Assembly (NCBI GenBank): GCA_963725785.1
Contig: CAVRZV010000011.1
Span: forward strand, 165,956-229,955
Direction of reading: 5' to 3'
Length of the DNA: 64,000 bases
DNA from: an uncultured Bacteroidales bacterium
Lineage (GTDB): Bacteria; Bacteroidota; Bacteroidia; Bacteroidales; VadinHA17
Under the pieces are notes generated by a model that saw nothing but the letters and a program-made list of their open reading frames with translations, was not told the DNA's origin and did not search any database. Positions 62,662 through 64,000 of the stretch are shown one piece after another; within the stretch, counting starts at the first letter, position 1; the number at the start of each line of letters is the position of its first letter. The translations under genes and the position numbers were made by a program.

Positions 62662-62796
62662 ATGAAAACCGAGAATTCAAAAATGACTATCGACAATTTC
62701 AATAATTTTGCACTTTCAAATGAAGAGATGATTAACATTCGTGGTGGCGAAGGTGATCCGACTATAAAAATAACAAAACCCCCGATAATTATCTGA
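62662..62796 (+). CDS. Double-glycine-leader peptide precursor (44 aa), not in the ORF track
   Basis: MKTENSKMTIDNFNNFALSNEEMINIRGG|EGDPTIKITKPPIII*. The leader matches LSxxE(L/M)xxIxGG exactly. A-rich translation initiation region; hairpin just downstream; C39 exporter in the same cluster. Confidence 0.85.
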   Translation: MKTENSKMTIDNFNNFALSNEEMINIRGGEGDPTIKITKPPIII

Positions 62797-62808
62797 CAAC
62801 AAGAATAC

Positions 62809-62832
62809 TTCCTGTTTTAGCGAAGACAGGAA
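62809..62832 (+). terminator. Hairpin after the peptide gene (probable terminator or stabiliser)
   Basis: TTCCTGTTT-TAGCG-AAGACAGGAA; the T tract that follows is weak. Confidence 0.5.
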
Positions 62833-63032
62833 CCGTTTATTTGATATACTTCAGTTGAGTTAAAGAGGATGTGAATTATACAATCCACTGGTCAATCAGT
62901 GGTCTTGCTATGAATCGAACATTAATAAAACATATGCTGACAATTTAGAATTTATACCTGACTTTAAACAGATTAAAACGATCGGCAGGTTATGAGATGG
63001 ATTTAATTAAAACGAAATAATATTTAATCTCT

Positions 63033-63782
63033 ATGAAAACAGTAGATTTTTCATACTTCATCGAACGGCATATTGCCGGTGAGATGAGTGATGCAGAAAA
63101 ACAGTGGTTCCTTAAGGAACTTGACGGTAACGAGAAACTCAGAAATGAGGTCAATCTCAGGAAGAGAACCGATGAAATTCTCAAGGATCGAAACGTAATG
63201 TCGTTAAGAAATAAACTTTCTGAAATTGAGAAGACCAGAAACGGAGCAATTGAACCTTCGAAAACCTCTAAAAAATCAAATTTCATTAAGTATGCCGCAG
63301 TTATTGCAGGAGTGGCGCTTATTGGAAGCTTAACATTGTTCTCGGGGAAGCATCTTAGTAATGATGAAATCCTGAAACGCTATTACAAAACTTATGAACC
63401 ACCGACAAGTCAGAGGTCAGCAAATATAGAAACTGATGAAGATTTTACTCTGGCTCTTGAGTTTTATAATACACGCGATTATGAGAAGGCTGCAATTCTT
63501 TTCAATAAAGTTCTTGAAAATAAGCCAAACGATATGCAGACTGTTTTACTAAAAGGTGTTTCAAATTTTGAAGAACAAAAATATCCGGAAGCCAAACAAT
63601 CATTTAATAAGGTGATAGACAACAAAGACAATCTTTATATTGATCAGGCTCAATGGTATCTGTCCTTATGTTATCTGAATACCAATGAAAATGACAAAGC
63701 TATACAACTATTGAAAGTAATTGTAAAAGATAATGGCAATTATAAAGACGAGGCAAACAAGATAATCAGGGAATTAAAATAA
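63033..63782 (+). CDS. Anti-sigma-like membrane protein: N-terminal helical domain, one TM, C-terminal TPRs
   Basis: IERHIAGEMSDAEKQWFLKELDGNEKLRNEV (zinc-free anti-sigma-like), TM FIKYAAVIAGVALIGSLTLF, TPR motifs ALEFYNTRDYEKAA and QAQWYLSLCYL. Confidence 0.72.
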   Translation: MKTVDFSYFIERHIAGEMSDAEKQWFLKELDGNEKLRNEVNLRKRTDEILKDRNVMSLRNKLSEIEKTRNGAIEPSKTSKKSNFIKYAAVIAGVALIGSLTLFSGKHLSNDEILKRYYKTYEPPTSQRSANIETDEDFTLALEFYNTRDYEKAAILFNKVLENKPNDMQTVLLKGVSNFEEQKYPEAKQSFNKVIDNKDNLYIDQAQWYLSLCYLNTNENDKAIQLLKVIVKDNGNYKDEANKIIRELK

Positions 63783-63839
63783 ATCTTATTTACTTCATTT
63801 TATACCAAAGGTTAATTAAGAAGATATGATTCACAATAG

Positions 63840-64000
63840 ATGACGAGCGAGATGGAGAATGATTCGAATATATCGAGGAATGATATGGTAAATTGCCCGA
63901 CAGTTTTAATTGGGATCTCTCATGAGATGAGAACTCACATGAATGCAATTGTAGCATTTTCATTTCTCATGAAAGATAATGGTTGCAACGATTCGGACCG
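63840..64000 (+). CDS. Start of a HisKA-domain (histidine kinase-like) protein, truncated by the window end
   Basis: ATG at 63840 gives MTSEMENDS...VLIGISHEMRTHMNAIVAFSFLM, matching the H-box pattern SHE(I/M)RTPMNAI. Confidence 0.65.
   Translation, partial: MTSEMENDSNISRNDMVNCPTVLIGISHEMRTHMNAIVAFSFLMKDNGCNDSD

Overview
AT-rich chromosomal window from a Bacteroidota genome, most likely an environmental Bacteroidales-like lineage. Support for this: repeated TAnnTTTG promoter boxes, a T9SS cargo protein, a bat operon and a btu locus. From left to right it holds: the 3' part of a large Ig-repeat T9SS protein; a MATE transporter; a KamA-like radical SAM gene with two ATP-grasp ligases and a DMT protein; CYTH and ung; a molybdopterin oxidoreductase / DmsBC-like fusion / PLP transsulfuration-family operon; the MoxR-DUF58-BatABCDE operon; an Lnb/DUF4105-like gene; a radical SAM/lipoprotein pair; tRNA-Arg(TCT); two tandem fused LeuC-LeuD-type aconitase-family genes with an AraC regulator; a cobalamin riboswitch controlling btuBFCD; LacI, yidC, pyrG and a DUF349 gene. 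The most striking part is the right end (about 54.6-64 kb). There an unannotated 44-aa double-glycine-leader peptide gene (62662..62796) sits with a C39 peptidase ABC exporter and HlyD, an ECF sigma factor, a membrane-anchored TPR-CHAT (caspase-like) protease with an intact His/Cys dyad, a TM-TPR anti-sigma-like protein and the start of a HisKA protein. Together these look like an undescribed peptide-signal / caspase-like-protease / ECF signalling circuit (inference). Non-coding candidates include two copies of a ~175-bp nested palindrome with compensatory changes, a ~200-nt rod-like 6S-like RNA, and a promoter-plus-terminator-bounded sRNA upstream of ung. Many genes, especially between 14 and 25.5 kb, carry single-base indels that look like long-read assembly errors. 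No database searches were run, so family calls rest on recognised motifs and context.
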